64,000 nucleotides of DNA from a virus. Lineage: Duplodnaviria; Caudoviricetes. The DNA lies in IMG/VR virus record IMGVR_UViG_3300009031_000221, positions 472,054 through 536,053 of that record; one strand, 5' to 3'. Below the pieces are notes generated by a model, which was given only the letters and a program-made list of their open reading frames with translations, was not told the origin of the DNA and searched no databases. This document shows, piece by piece, positions 16,964 to 25,759 of this stretch (position 1 is its first letter; every line of letters starts with the position of its first letter). Made by a program: the position numbers and the translations under genes.

Positions 16964-19402
16964 ATGAGTTTGTCTAAATTCGCACTTCGCAACTTTGCAG
17001 GAAAGCCTGTCAAATACTTCACCGTTGAGTCCGAAGACCTGGGTTCTACCCAGGCCCCCGCTGCGGTCAAGAAGCCCTCGCACCACATTCTGGTCATTGA
17101 CCGATCAGGTTCAATGTATGGGGACATGGCAGCAATGACTGCCACCGTTGAGAAGCTATTGACATTGGCAGAGTTCAATGATGACAGCCAACGTGTCAGC
17201 TTGATTTCCTACTCGTCCATGGGCGATGTGAAGTTGCACTTCAACAAGGTCACTGTTGGGGATGTCATGCAGCCGGGTTCGCCCTACCTGCAGGCCATTC
17301 GTTCCATTCGGGTTACGGGTTTGACGTGCATTTCGCAGTCCCTGTCCTTGGCAGAGGGTCTGGTAGACGACAACGAAACAACCTGCATTTCGTTGCATAC
17401 TGATGGTTACGCCAATGACCGTAGCCCTTCCCAGGAAACTCGGGACATTCAGACGGCACTTGACAAGCTGAAGAAGCACCCTGCCCTGTTCGTCAATACG
17501 GTAGCACACCGCGATTGGTGCGACTTCAACCTGATGTCAAGCATCGCCAATCAGATGTCTGGCGTATGCATCCAGGCAAAGGGTATCAAGGGTGTCTACG
17601 ATGCCCTGTACAACACGCAAGGCCTGTTGAACAAGGGTGTGGAAACCGCCATTGGGGCTTCCATCGGGGACGCATCCTACGTTGGATTTGTATCCCTGTC
17701 TGCCAAGAAGGTTCTGGGTTCCAATGCCTCGATTATGGTCAAGGGATTGTTGGACTCGGATGACAAGACCGTCTATCGGTACACCGAGGTAGACGAGGCA
17801 TCCTACAACGCATCCACGGCTACTGAGAATCCCTACAAGGCAATTCAGGTCTACGCCCGTTGCCAGTTGGCGGAAGGGAATTTGAACGCAGCCAAGTATG
17901 CCTTGGTGTCCTTGCGGAACTTGGATTTGCTGAAGAAGCACTATCGGGCATTGGTAGGAACTGAGGTAGCCGCCCTGGTTGCGGATCTCGAACAGTCCCT
18001 GTTCAGCCAGGAGAAGTGGGCATCCTCAGCGGATTACGGCTTGGGCGCCTCATCGGCTACCGTACTCCAGGTTCTGTCTGTCCTGGGTCAGTATCCCAAG
18101 GCGGTCATGGTCAATGTCAAGCGCCTGTCGGCAAACTACAAGCGTCGCGGCCTCAAGAAGGTTGCCGGTGTCCGTAAGGAAGACGGAACCTTGGAAGCCC
18201 CCACCACGATCTCAATGGATCGTTTCCCCGGTGATTACCTTCCCCTGGGTTCTGTAGACGCCAACCGCAACACGGCAACGATCAACATCCTCGTGTCCAA
18301 GCACATTCAGTTGGTCACCGCGGGTGTCATTGTCGAAGAAGTAGCGGGTATCAAGCTGGACAACCTGAAGGACTTCCGCAACTTCACCATCGTTGGTGAC
18401 GGTCAGGTTTGCACGCCCATTCTGCCCATCAAGGTGTCCGATAAGCGTTGCTTCAAGGCATTGGCGGACTTGGGCGTTGTGTCGGGAGACTTCGATCCCA
18501 ACACGGAGTATGACATCGCATTGGGCGATCTTCCCCTGGTAGATTTCGATGCTTCGTTCGCTGTACCGGCGGATACCTTTGGAACCTTGGCACGCTTGAC
18601 GGCTGTGTCCAAGATTCTGTCTGCGGTATCCAAGGAATCGTCGGAAGCATATACGGCAGAGCAGATCGCGGCATTGAAGGGTCATTACTTGACTTCATCG
18701 TTGTACTTCTCGCCCCCGACCACCAACTCGTACACGGATTTGACGGAGGCCTTGAACAAGGGTGAAGTGGATTCACGGTTGAGCTACAAGGTGGAAATCG
18801 GAACGGCAGATATCACGGCCTTGTCGAAGTTGCCTTCCGCCAATGCGTTCCTTGAGCGTCGGTTCACCCTGACGGTTGATGGTGCGGATGTGCCCAAGCC
18901 AAAGATGACGGAGTTCCTGAATCCTGATGCAGTGTGGGGAGTCAAGGCCTTGGGTCCGAAGATCAAGTTGACCCCGGTCGATGAACTTCTGTTCCCGTTG
19001 TTCTCCGAATTCCTGGGGTTGACTACGTATTCGACCTTCTCCAAGACTCTGCATGACCTGGATGCATCCTTGGACGTAGATGTATCCGCCGTGCTGGCAC
19101 ATTGCATGACTCCGGACGGATTGGTAGAATTCCTGTCCAAGGCACGCAAGATGGTAGATTCTGCGATCGATGACATCTACACCAAGACGGTTTCCCCGTT
19201 GGTATTCTTTGTCGGCTCTACCGGTATCGTACCGGATGAGTTCGGTTGCAAGGCAATGTCGGCAGAGCAGATCGAGGCGAAGTTCCCCACGATCACTTTG
19301 TCCAAGGATGAGAAGGATGGGACGTTCTTCGTTCTGCCCAACGATGTCCTGCTGACGGTATTCACCAAGGGTGAGTACTTCACCGTGGCGGAAGCCGCGT
19401 AA
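16964..19402 (+). CDS. large vWA-domain protein
   Basis: HHILVIDRSGSM MIDAS, GLT, LHTDGYAN; 812 aa. Confidence 0.85.
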   Translation: MSLSKFALRNFAGKPVKYFTVESEDLGSTQAPAAVKKPSHHILVIDRSGSMYGDMAAMTATVEKLLTLAEFNDDSQRVSLISYSSMGDVKLHFNKVTVGDVMQPGSPYLQAIRSIRVTGLTCISQSLSLAEGLVDDNETTCISLHTDGYANDRSPSQETRDIQTALDKLKKHPALFVNTVAHRDWCDFNLMSSIANQMSGVCIQAKGIKGVYDALYNTQGLLNKGVETAIGASIGDASYVGFVSLSAKKVLGSNASIMVKGLLDSDDKTVYRYTEVDEASYNASTATENPYKAIQVYARCQLAEGNLNAAKYALVSLRNLDLLKKHYRALVGTEVAALVADLEQSLFSQEKWASSADYGLGASSATVLQVLSVLGQYPKAVMVNVKRLSANYKRRGLKKVAGVRKEDGTLEAPTTISMDRFPGDYLPLGSVDANRNTATINILVSKHIQLVTAGVIVEEVAGIKLDNLKDFRNFTIVGDGQVCTPILPIKVSDKRCFKALADLGVVSGDFDPNTEYDIALGDLPLVDFDASFAVPADTFGTLARLTAVSKILSAVSKESSEAYTAEQIAALKGHYLTSSLYFSPPTTNSYTDLTEALNKGEVDSRLSYKVEIGTADITALSKLPSANAFLERRFTLTVDGADVPKPKMTEFLNPDAVWGVKALGPKIKLTPVDELLFPLFSEFLGLTTYSTFSKTLHDLDASLDVDVSAVLAHCMTPDGLVEFLSKARKMVDSAIDDIYTKTVSPLVFFVGSTGIVPDEFGCKAMSAEQIEAKFPTITLSKDEKDGTFFVLPNDVLLTVFTKGEYFTVAEAA

Positions 19403-19410
19403 GGAGACCT

Positions 19411-19614
19411 ATGAGGAATGACTTGAGGACGGCACAGGTACTTCAGAAAGACGGGAATTGGATGAATGTTCAGTTCATGTCATTGCGGAAGGGTGACCGG
19501 TTCCGGCTGGTAGAACCTGAAGGGGAACTCGTGGATGATGGGGAAGAAGCGATTGCTTCGGCGGATCCCTATGTGGCCAATGGGACTCATATCATTCGGT
19601 GTGATGTCGTCTAA
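19411..19614 (+). CDS. hypothetical protein
   Basis: AAGGAG RBS after vWA stop. Confidence 0.6.
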   Translation: MRNDLRTAQVLQKDGNWMNVQFMSLRKGDRFRLVEPEGELVDDGEEAIASADPYVANGTHIIRCDVV

Positions 19615-19624
19615 GGGATCCTCC

Positions 19625-19667
19625 AAAAACGCGAACGCCCCGGTTGACCTTCAACCGGGGCGTTCGT
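19625..19667 (-). terminator. intrinsic terminator
   Basis: 15-16 bp stem CGAACGCCCCGGTTG(A)/(T)CAACCGGGGCGTTCG followed by T5 on minus strand. Confidence 0.85.
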
Positions 19668-19684
19668 GCAACTAAGGAGGTAAC
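19625..19684 (-). ncRNA. candidate ~60-nt sRNA with anti-Shine-Dalgarno seed
   Basis: promoter copy immediately upstream, ACCTCCTTA in single-stranded 5' part, terminator at 3' end, no ORF. Confidence 0.6.
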
Positions 19685-19689
19685 ACTCT

Positions 19690-19718
19690 ATCTACGCACT
19701 CCAGATAGAAAGTAAGTC
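19690..19718 (-). promoter_or_regulatory. conserved phage promoter motif copy
   Basis: GACTTACTTTC-N10-GCGTAGAT. Confidence 0.8.
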
Positions 19719-20363
19719 TTAGGCCTTGCCGTTCGGAACAACTTCCTGCTGCATCCAGTGCTTGTCCGTCTGAACGTGGGATTCCCGAACAAACTTCGCC
19801 GTGGCGCTCCAGAAATCCTCATAGCGGAACCTCGCCGCATCCCGGACAACGTAGCCTTCCTGCACGCCTCCGAAGCGGGAAACGCCCGTGTAGCACGCCT
19901 TGACATCCTCCACGTTCCACGGCCCCCGATACAATACCGGGACATGCTCGAGGCCAAGCAGGCCACACCACTCAACGGTGTCGTCCCAGGACAGGCACAC
20001 GTTGTTCTCGTCATAGATGCCGAAGACGAGGAAGTAGGACGGCAACGCCGTGTAACCGATGCTGTGCCGTGCGTAGACGTTCTCGCCGCACACACGCCAA
20101 TTCTCCGGGATGTCATGTCCAACCTGAGCCGCGAAGGCACGGAGCCAGTCACGGGACGGGTGGGACTTCGAGTCCAGGGAACGGGCATGCGTCCGTCCGC
20201 CATGATAGATGGTGGTATTCTCGCCGTCAGCCTTCTCAGTCACGATGACTTCGCGGCAACGCTCAAATGCCCAGTTGATCATCTTGAGGGTATGCGTCTT
20301 GTCGTCATCGGTGCGACCCAATGACCAAGGGCAATGAAATGTGCGGGGGTGCTTGGCTTCCAT
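19719..20363 (-). CDS. ATP-dependent RNA ligase
   Basis: motif I TEKADGEN, GENVYARHSI, YFLVFGI, motif IV EGYVVR, AKFVR. Confidence 0.85.
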   Translation of the reverse strand: MEAKHPRTFHCPWSLGRTDDDKTHTLKMINWAFERCREVIVTEKADGENTTIYHGGRTHARSLDSKSHPSRDWLRAFAAQVGHDIPENWRVCGENVYARHSIGYTALPSYFLVFGIYDENNVCLSWDDTVEWCGLLGLEHVPVLYRGPWNVEDVKACYTGVSRFGGVQEGYVVRDAARFRYEDFWSATAKFVRESHVQTDKHWMQQEVVPNGKA

Positions 20364-20403
20364 GACACGTTCCTAAGGGTCGTCGTTTGCGCCCCTATGT
20401 ATC

Positions 20404-20432
20404 ATCTACGCTGTCGATGGGAAAAGTAAGTC
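20404..20432 (-). promoter_or_regulatory. conserved phage promoter motif copy
   Basis: GACTTACTTTT-N10-GCGTAGAT. Confidence 0.8.
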
Positions 20433-20476
20433 AAAAACGCGAAAGGCTCAGGCGGCTTATTTGGTCCGCCTGAGCC
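20433..20476 (-). terminator. intrinsic terminator
   Basis: GGCTCAGGCGG/CCGCCTGAGCC stem followed by TTTCGCGTTTTT on minus strand. Confidence 0.8.
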
Positions 20477-20672
20477 CCTCGTTTTGTGCCAATTGCCGAA
20501 CCTTATGGCTTCTTCTAATCACTCTGGCAAGATCCTAGTGGCTTGCTTTCCGATTCGGCATCTCTCCTTCTCTCTACTCTGCCAGGAGTAGCTTTTAGGG
20601 CGGACTCACGCATCCCATTAATCCAGGGCCCTTCCGGGTAGGGGAATCGAACGCCCCGTGCATCATCCGGCA
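20433..20672 (-). ncRNA. candidate ~240-nt structured ncRNA with T-loop-like hairpin
   Basis: promoter-to-terminator unit with no convincing ORF; GGGG-CGTTCGATT-CCCC and TGCCGAA/TTCGGCA stems. Confidence 0.4.
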
Positions 20673-20678
20673 CACTGT

Positions 20679-20707
20679 ATCTACGCTGAACGAGTGGAAA
20701 GTAAGTC
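20679..20707 (-). promoter_or_regulatory. conserved phage promoter motif copy
   Basis: GACTTACTTTC-N10-GCGTAGAT. Confidence 0.8.
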
Positions 20708-20961
20708 TACGCGGCCTCCACAACAACGACCAAACCCAAGTTAGGGCCTCGGACTTCATGCACATCGATATGCCCATCCATGTAGGAAACGATGTGCCGT
20801 TCAGGGCTCGATGCGGTTCCCTGGGTGCTCTTCCTCCCGCATACCGTGCGAAGGACGTTATTGTCCAACACTTGCATGCCCCGTTCCAAGGCGGACTTGG
20901 AGTAGATGTGGAACTTCATATGAGGCTGCAGCGCCTTGAATTGATCGAAACGGTCATTCAT
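20707..20961 (-). CDS. hypothetical protein
   Basis: GGAGG RBS; operon continuity. Confidence 0.6.
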   Translation of the reverse strand: MNDRFDQFKALQPHMKFHIYSKSALERGMQVLDNNVLRTVCGRKSTQGTASSPERHIVSYMDGHIDVHEVRGPNLGLVVVVEAA

Positions 20962-20963
20962 GA

Positions 20964-21623
20964 TTACGCCTCCACCGCATTGAATTCATCCACAATCAAC
21001 TGACGCCAAGCGATTTCCCGATCGAGGATGTGCAAGGTGCTTTCGGCATCCAGACACAGGCACAGGCGCTCGATCAGGCAGGTCGGGTTCGGAACCAGGG
21101 GGAAGTCCCCGCCGTACGTGATCCCGGTGACGCGGGACAAAGCCGCCGACACCGTGAATGCCTTGGCAAAGGGGAACCAGAACACCGTAGGCTTGACCTC
21201 ATCCCCCTCCTGAACCATGGCCACATTGGCGTAGGGGTTGCCGTGGTGCAGGAAGAACCCCGGACGAACCATCCCCTCCACAGGGCTATCCTTGGGGAAC
21301 AGCAAGGCCTTCGCCCGCTTCAGGACTTCGACTTCCTGGATCTTCGTATCCATTTGTTCCGCACCCGCCTGAACCGCACCCTCGCGAATGGCCTCTCGGG
21401 TCGGACCATAGTGCGGCTGGTCAAATGCCATCTCGCCATTGCCGTTGAAAAACTGGACGTTGAATTGGCCGCAAGGGCAAAACCAACCAGAGCCGGGAGC
21501 GGCGACGTTGGAAGTCTTGCGGCACTGGCTGCAACGGGCGCCGATGAAGTGGTGATGGTGGCGGAAGATGTCAACGATCTGATCGTGGTTGTACATCATC
21601 TGCTTGGGGGTCGGGGTATGCAT
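20964..21623 (-). CDS. hypothetical protein with Zn ribbon
   Basis: GAGGA RBS; CSQC...CPC. Confidence 0.65.
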   Translation of the reverse strand: MHTPTPKQMMYNHDQIVDIFRHHHHFIGARCSQCRKTSNVAAPGSGWFCPCGQFNVQFFNGNGEMAFDQPHYGPTREAIREGAVQAGAEQMDTKIQEVEVLKRAKALLFPKDSPVEGMVRPGFFLHHGNPYANVAMVQEGDEVKPTVFWFPFAKAFTVSAALSRVTGITYGGDFPLVPNPTCLIERLCLCLDAESTLHILDREIAWRQLIVDEFNAVEA

Positions 21624-21661
21624 GATTCCTCGTTCGTTGGGGGCGTCGATGCCCACGTATC

Positions 21662-21690
21662 ATCTACGCTGAACTTCGGAAAAGTAAGTT
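21662..21690 (-). promoter_or_regulatory. conserved phage promoter motif copy
   Basis: AACTTACTTTT-N10-GCGTAGAT. Confidence 0.8.
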
Positions 21691-22116
21691 CTAAATCTGC
21701 TTGCCCACATCAGGGCCAACCGCATCCAATAGCCGTTGGTTGTAGCCCTTGAAGGCTGCGTCATCATGGGTCAATGCCTCGGACTTGACCCATGCAACGG
21801 TGATCCCCTTTTCGATCTCGTAGGGTTCCGTGGGGATTGAACCCTGTACCTTGCCAACGAAGATCTCGTTCCAGTGGGTATTGGGGCCTTCGCACCAATC
21901 GGCAAATACGGGCTCGAGATCCGTAATCCGAATGCCCGTTTCTTCCAGTAGTTCTCGGGCTGCGGCATCCCTCAGGGATTCGCAACCATCGGCCTTCCCG
22001 CCGGGCAGCCCGTATGTATTGGGGATGCCTCGGCGGGTCGTAGCCAGGATGAGTCCATCAGCGTTCCGAATCAGAACGCAAGCGCAGGGGATAGGGGAGC
22101 GGGGGCCGGCAGTCAT
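21691..22116 (-). CDS. Nudix hydrolase
   Basis: Nudix box GGKADGCESLRDAAARELLEETGI. Confidence 0.9.
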   Translation of the reverse strand: MTAGPRSPIPCACVLIRNADGLILATTRRGIPNTYGLPGGKADGCESLRDAAARELLEETGIRITDLEPVFADWCEGPNTHWNEIFVGKVQGSIPTEPYEIEKGITVAWVKSEALTHDDAAFKGYNQRLLDAVGPDVGKQI

Positions 22117-22121
22117 GGCAA

Positions 22122-22571
22122 TTACTCCGTAACGGGCGGGGCGGGCAGTTCCGTGAACCAGGCCTTGTCGAAGGCGATGTAGGCATCACGGGGAGACTGA
22201 CCCTCGCCGATGACGCCGCCGTAGATGGCAACCCAGACGTACGTGATCTCGCTGCTGTTGGCGCCGTAGCAACGGGCCTCCTTGGACAGCACCGGGCGGA
22301 AGATCATGCACGGACGGGCATCGCGGGCACGCTTTTCCTCGAGGACTGCGACGTGCTTATTCTTGACCTCCCGAAGGGCATCCTCCGCGGAGTTCTGGAC
22401 GGCGCGGATGGAGTTGTTGGTGGTGTCCTTCACGCTGCCGACATCCGCGGCAAATCCCCTGCGGAAGCTATTGCAGACACTCGAGAATTCTCCCATAGCC
22501 GTCAGGAAGGCATCGCGAATGTCGCGACGCAGGAGATCCTGCTGGGTTTCGTTGAGCAAATTGGCGGTCAT
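22122..22571 (-). CDS. hypothetical protein
   Basis: GGAGG RBS downstream of promoter 22615. Confidence 0.65.
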   Translation of the reverse strand: MTANLLNETQQDLLRRDIRDAFLTAMGEFSSVCNSFRRGFAADVGSVKDTTNNSIRAVQNSAEDALREVKNKHVAVLEEKRARDARPCMIFRPVLSKEARCYGANSSEITYVWVAIYGGVIGEGQSPRDAYIAFDKAWFTELPAPPVTE

Positions 22572-22614
22572 GATAGGTTCCTCCGTGTGTGTTAGGCGTC
22601 ATCGCCTACATACC

Positions 22615-22643
22615 ATCTACGCTGTCGATGGGAAAAGTAAGTC
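22615..22643 (-). promoter_or_regulatory. conserved phage promoter motif copy
   Basis: GACTTACTTTT-N10-GCGTAGAT; core identical to copy at 20404. Confidence 0.8.
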
Positions 22644-22857
22644 ACGTCAATGGAACAATAGCCTCAGCCGCCGCTTGCCGTGTCTTGTAAACCGGTGCCC
22701 TGGGATTCCGCGAGGCTACAAGGTCGGCTTGATTGAGCCAACGCTTGTCCCCGCCTACCACGGAACCGATGAACTTGGTTCCGTCAAATACAGAGTACAT
22801 GCTTCGACCGGTACCCCAGCCATCCTCGGATTTCTTGAATGTAAACTTCATGTTCAA
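22642..22857 (-). CDS. hypothetical protein
   Basis: operon continuity; start may be MKFTF at 22851. Confidence 0.55.
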   Translation of the reverse strand: MNMKFTFKKSEDGWGTGRSMYSVFDGTKFIGSVVGGDKRWLNQADLVASRNPRAPVYKTRQAAAEAIVPLT

Positions 22858-23564
22858 CCTTGCTGAGGGGATTCCCCCATGGAATAGGGATTCGTCTCTT
22901 TCCGTTGTGCATCCCAGATGCGATGCAGCGGGGTGATCCGAATCCCGTTCACGTTGACGCCACCATCAACATTTTGGATAGGCCCATAGATCATGTCATC
23001 GAGGTTATCGAGGCCGGTGATACCTGGGAGGCTGACAAGCACCAGGAACCCATCGGGTTTGTTGCCGATGTAGGTCATTGTTGCACGCCGAGTGACCAGA
23101 GCACGCCAGTAGACGAGACATGCCTGTGCCCGTTGTTCCGCCGTCACCCGCTGCATGTTGTGGTAATGCAACACGTCAGGAGTGGAAATCGATGGATCCA
23201 ACTCACATTGTGCCGCCATCATACTTGCGATGCGTTCCGCCGACCAGCCCCGGTTATGAGGGCAAGCGCAGGTATGCATGTGCTGAAGGATCTCCCGGGC
23301 AACTGCAAGAGCGTTCATACGAGGGGGCACGCTTTCACGGGGAAGTTCTCCCTCAGGTTGATAATTCCAGGGTTCCCGCTTGAAGCCCCCGCAGCCAGAC
23401 CAAGGGGATCCATCAGCCGTGAATACAACGCGCTTGCCTTTGACATGTACGACCACTTCACCGTTTGCCACACCCTGAATCAGGCCGTAGGGTTCCACAG
23501 TGCCCTTCCACATGTACGCCGGGGCTTCCGAAAAGTACACGCGATTTCCAATCTGAGCGTTCAT
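22854..23564 (-). CDS. hypothetical protein
   Basis: ATGA overlap with upstream gene. Confidence 0.6.
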   Translation of the reverse strand: MNAQIGNRVYFSEAPAYMWKGTVEPYGLIQGVANGEVVVHVKGKRVVFTADGSPWSGCGGFKREPWNYQPEGELPRESVPPRMNALAVAREILQHMHTCACPHNRGWSAERIASMMAAQCELDPSISTPDVLHYHNMQRVTAEQRAQACLVYWRALVTRRATMTYIGNKPDGFLVLVSLPGITGLDNLDDMIYGPIQNVDGGVNVNGIRITPLHRIWDAQRKETNPYSMGESPQQG

Positions 23565-23755
23565 GACTTCCTCGCTTTGTAGGCTTCTTCATCCCGACGT
23601 TCGTACACATGACGGGTCATAGGGGTTTTCACTTCAGGCGGCTGAATGACCGTGCCATCCAACCGCAAGGTGAACGTAGAAAGTTCAACGGAAGGCTTTC
23701 CATCCTCCAGGACTTCCACGCGGCCATCCTTGATGATGATGGTCATGTTCTTCAT
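23561..23755 (-). CDS. hypothetical protein
   Basis: ATGA overlap at 23752-23755. Confidence 0.55.
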   Translation of the reverse strand: MKNMTIIIKDGRVEVLEDGKPSVELSTFTLRLDGTVIQPPEVKTPMTRHVYERRDEEAYKARKS

Positions 23756-24009
23756 TCCGTTACCCCATTCTTCTTGGGCCAAGTGATAGTGTAGCCCCCA
23801 AAATCATCCTTCGAACCCCAGGTCACCTTGTACCCGGCTTCCACCAGGGCATTCTCCACACCCGGGAAGTATTCCCCCCGGACGATGACCGTGAACTTCC
23901 CGTCTCGGGCTTCCTTGAGGATGTAGTCCTCAATGCCACGCAGGACGGCCTTCTGCTTCTCCGAACCCAAGGAATTCGACAAGGTAGATGCTTCCGCAGC
24001 GGTCATCAT
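23752..24009 (-). CDS. hypothetical protein
   Basis: AGGAG RBS downstream of promoter 24051. Confidence 0.6.
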   Translation of the reverse strand: MMTAAEASTLSNSLGSEKQKAVLRGIEDYILKEARDGKFTVIVRGEYFPGVENALVEAGYKVTWGSKDDFGGYTITWPKKNGVTE

Positions 24010-24050
24010 GGATCGCTCCTACAGGTTGGGGGCATATGCGCCCACAGTCT

Positions 24051-24079
24051 ATCTACGCTGATTGCTTGGAAAGTAAGCC
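24051..24079 (-). promoter_or_regulatory. conserved phage promoter motif copy
   Basis: GGCTTACTTTC-N10-GCGTAGAT. Confidence 0.8.
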
Positions 24080-24084
24080 TCGTA

Positions 24085-24849
24085 TCACAACTTTTTGCTC
24101 AAATGAGTGCGGCAAGATTTAGGCAAGTTGCACGTTGTCCTATCAGGGCTATACCGGAATCTAGGCCTTGTAACAGGATCTCCACAAACAACGCATGTCC
24201 GCACTTCAGCATGTCTACGTGGGGGATGATTACTAGTCCTTTTCCGATAGGCATTTACATCTAAAATCTCAAGATTCAACGGATCATCATTAGTTTTTAC
24301 CATGTCGACATGGAACACTCGTTCATTCGGCAATAATGAACGCCCCAACTTTTCCTCCGCAACTATAATAGCACGTTTCACGTAACCCTTATGTGACAAT
24401 GGATGTTCCGAATTCCGGATATAGACAAATTTGCCTTGGACAATCTGGCCCCCATTCCAGTTGCCATGATTTGATCCTGTAGCATGATGAACAGTGTTCC
24501 CTTTTCCACCTATAACGGCAGCGCTGATCTTCCTCTTGGTTTCATCGGAACATTTTCCCCCCAAACCTCCATACTTGCAGTTGTAACCGTCATGAACACA
24601 ATTCAACTTGGCAATCCAGGCAATTTCGAGAGCGTTCAAATCATCTTGCGTACCGTAGGGAGGTAATTCTTCAAGGATGTCAAATTGGAATGCCCCCGAT
24701 CCATATTTGGCAAATGCTTTGTATAGCTTCACTTGAGCTTTGTGAGGCATATTCCCGTAGCTTTTCCATCGTTTTTCGATGTCCCAACTTTGCCCTACGT
24801 ATGCTTTGCTATTTATGGTATTGGTGATTCTGTATATGCCAATGGTCAT
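24085..24849 (-). CDS. GIY-YIG homing endonuclease
   Basis: GIYRITNTINSKAYVGQS, E...GYN, NUMOD-like SDETKRKIS; AT-rich. Confidence 0.85.
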   Translation of the reverse strand: MTIGIYRITNTINSKAYVGQSWDIEKRWKSYGNMPHKAQVKLYKAFAKYGSGAFQFDILEELPPYGTQDDLNALEIAWIAKLNCVHDGYNCKYGGLGGKCSDETKRKISAAVIGGKGNTVHHATGSNHGNWNGGQIVQGKFVYIRNSEHPLSHKGYVKRAIIVAEEKLGRSLLPNERVFHVDMVKTNDDPLNLEILDVNAYRKRTSNHPPRRHAEVRTCVVCGDPVTRPRFRYSPDRTTCNLPKSCRTHLSKKL

Positions 24850-25367
24850 GGGTTACCACCATAATTGGGAAGTACCCACACTTGTTCGGTATCATACAGG
24901 ACTTTTTCTGTTCTTGGTGGATGTACGGGAAGAAGCACAACCTTTGTGATCGTTTTTGAAGGTTTTACTTCCCCTGACCCTGCACAAAATTCGCATTGAC
25001 GATGTTCCATCACATGATACAGAATCCGAGGATCATACCCTTTATCAATACCGCTATCATCAGGGCATAGGCGGACAATGGCGCCTATAGGCGCCATTAA
25101 TGCCCCCACAGGGGGAGGATATATGGCATAGTAATGCTGGATTGATCCTTGGATTTTTCGGAACTTGTCCGATCTTAGCTGAGCCGTATTATGTAACCAT
25201 GTTTCGGCGTCCTTCAGGCGGACGACATGCCAACTCCCCCATTTTCTACATGGCAACTCACCGGACTTCAAAGCCCTGCGAACCATATTCTCGGACACAC
25301 CCAGATGTTTGGCAACTTCAACGGGGGTCATCCCCGGAACTTCATAGCTTGACATTAGCAATACCAT
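24846..25367 (-). CDS. winged-HTH (excisionase/MerR-like) DNA-binding protein with Zn ribbon
   Basis: MTPVEVAKHLGVSENMVRRALKSGELPCRKWG; CEFCAGSG. Confidence 0.7.
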   Translation of the reverse strand: MVLLMSSYEVPGMTPVEVAKHLGVSENMVRRALKSGELPCRKWGSWHVVRLKDAETWLHNTAQLRSDKFRKIQGSIQHYYAIYPPPVGALMAPIGAIVRLCPDDSGIDKGYDPRILYHVMEHRQCEFCAGSGEVKPSKTITKVVLLPVHPPRTEKVLYDTEQVWVLPNYGGNP

Positions 25368-25393
25368 CCGCCGCAGATGTGCGACTCAATATG

Positions 25394-25422
25394 ATGGTAG
25401 GTAATACCTAGCTTCCTGTCAA
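25394..25422 (-). promoter_or_regulatory. sigma70-like promoter
   Basis: TTGACA-N17-TACCAT upstream of HTH and GIY-YIG genes. Confidence 0.6.
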
Positions 25423-25441
25423 GAGTAAGCTGCGCTATTTC

Positions 25442-25753
25442 CTACACGCACAGATTTTCGCTGGCGGCTAAAGCTTTGTCCAAGTCCGATCCAATCAGGG
25501 CGTACAGTTCATCAGGGCTATAGCCCGGAAGTGCCGTTCCCGTGGAGTGCCAGTGTTCCGCTTTCACGTGGCACACCGGACACAAGGAAATGCCGTTTTC
25601 CGGCACGTAACCGCCATTAGGCATGTCATGGCGATCTAGGATATGATGAGCGTCTAGAGGGCCATCTTGACGGCATACACGGCATTTGTAGCCGTCCCGT
25701 GCAAAGGTTCTATCCCTGAACTGCTGCCGAACCTGTTTCTTGTCCAGCTTCAT
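25442..25753 (-). CDS. HNH endonuclease
   Basis: CRVC...LDAHHI...NGISLCPVCH. Confidence 0.85.
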   Translation of the reverse strand: MKLDKKQVRQQFRDRTFARDGYKCRVCRQDGPLDAHHILDRHDMPNGGYVPENGISLCPVCHVKAEHWHSTGTALPGYSPDELYALIGSDLDKALAASENLCV

Positions 25754-25759
25754 GTGAAC

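Noticed and set aside
20620-20672. tmRNA (standard or permuted)
   Set aside because: Only a T-loop-like hairpin; no CCA acceptor end with G-U pair, tag ORF or pseudoknots recognisable
24846-25367. Prophage excision module
   Set aside because: An HTH alone, with no integrase or att-like repeat in the window
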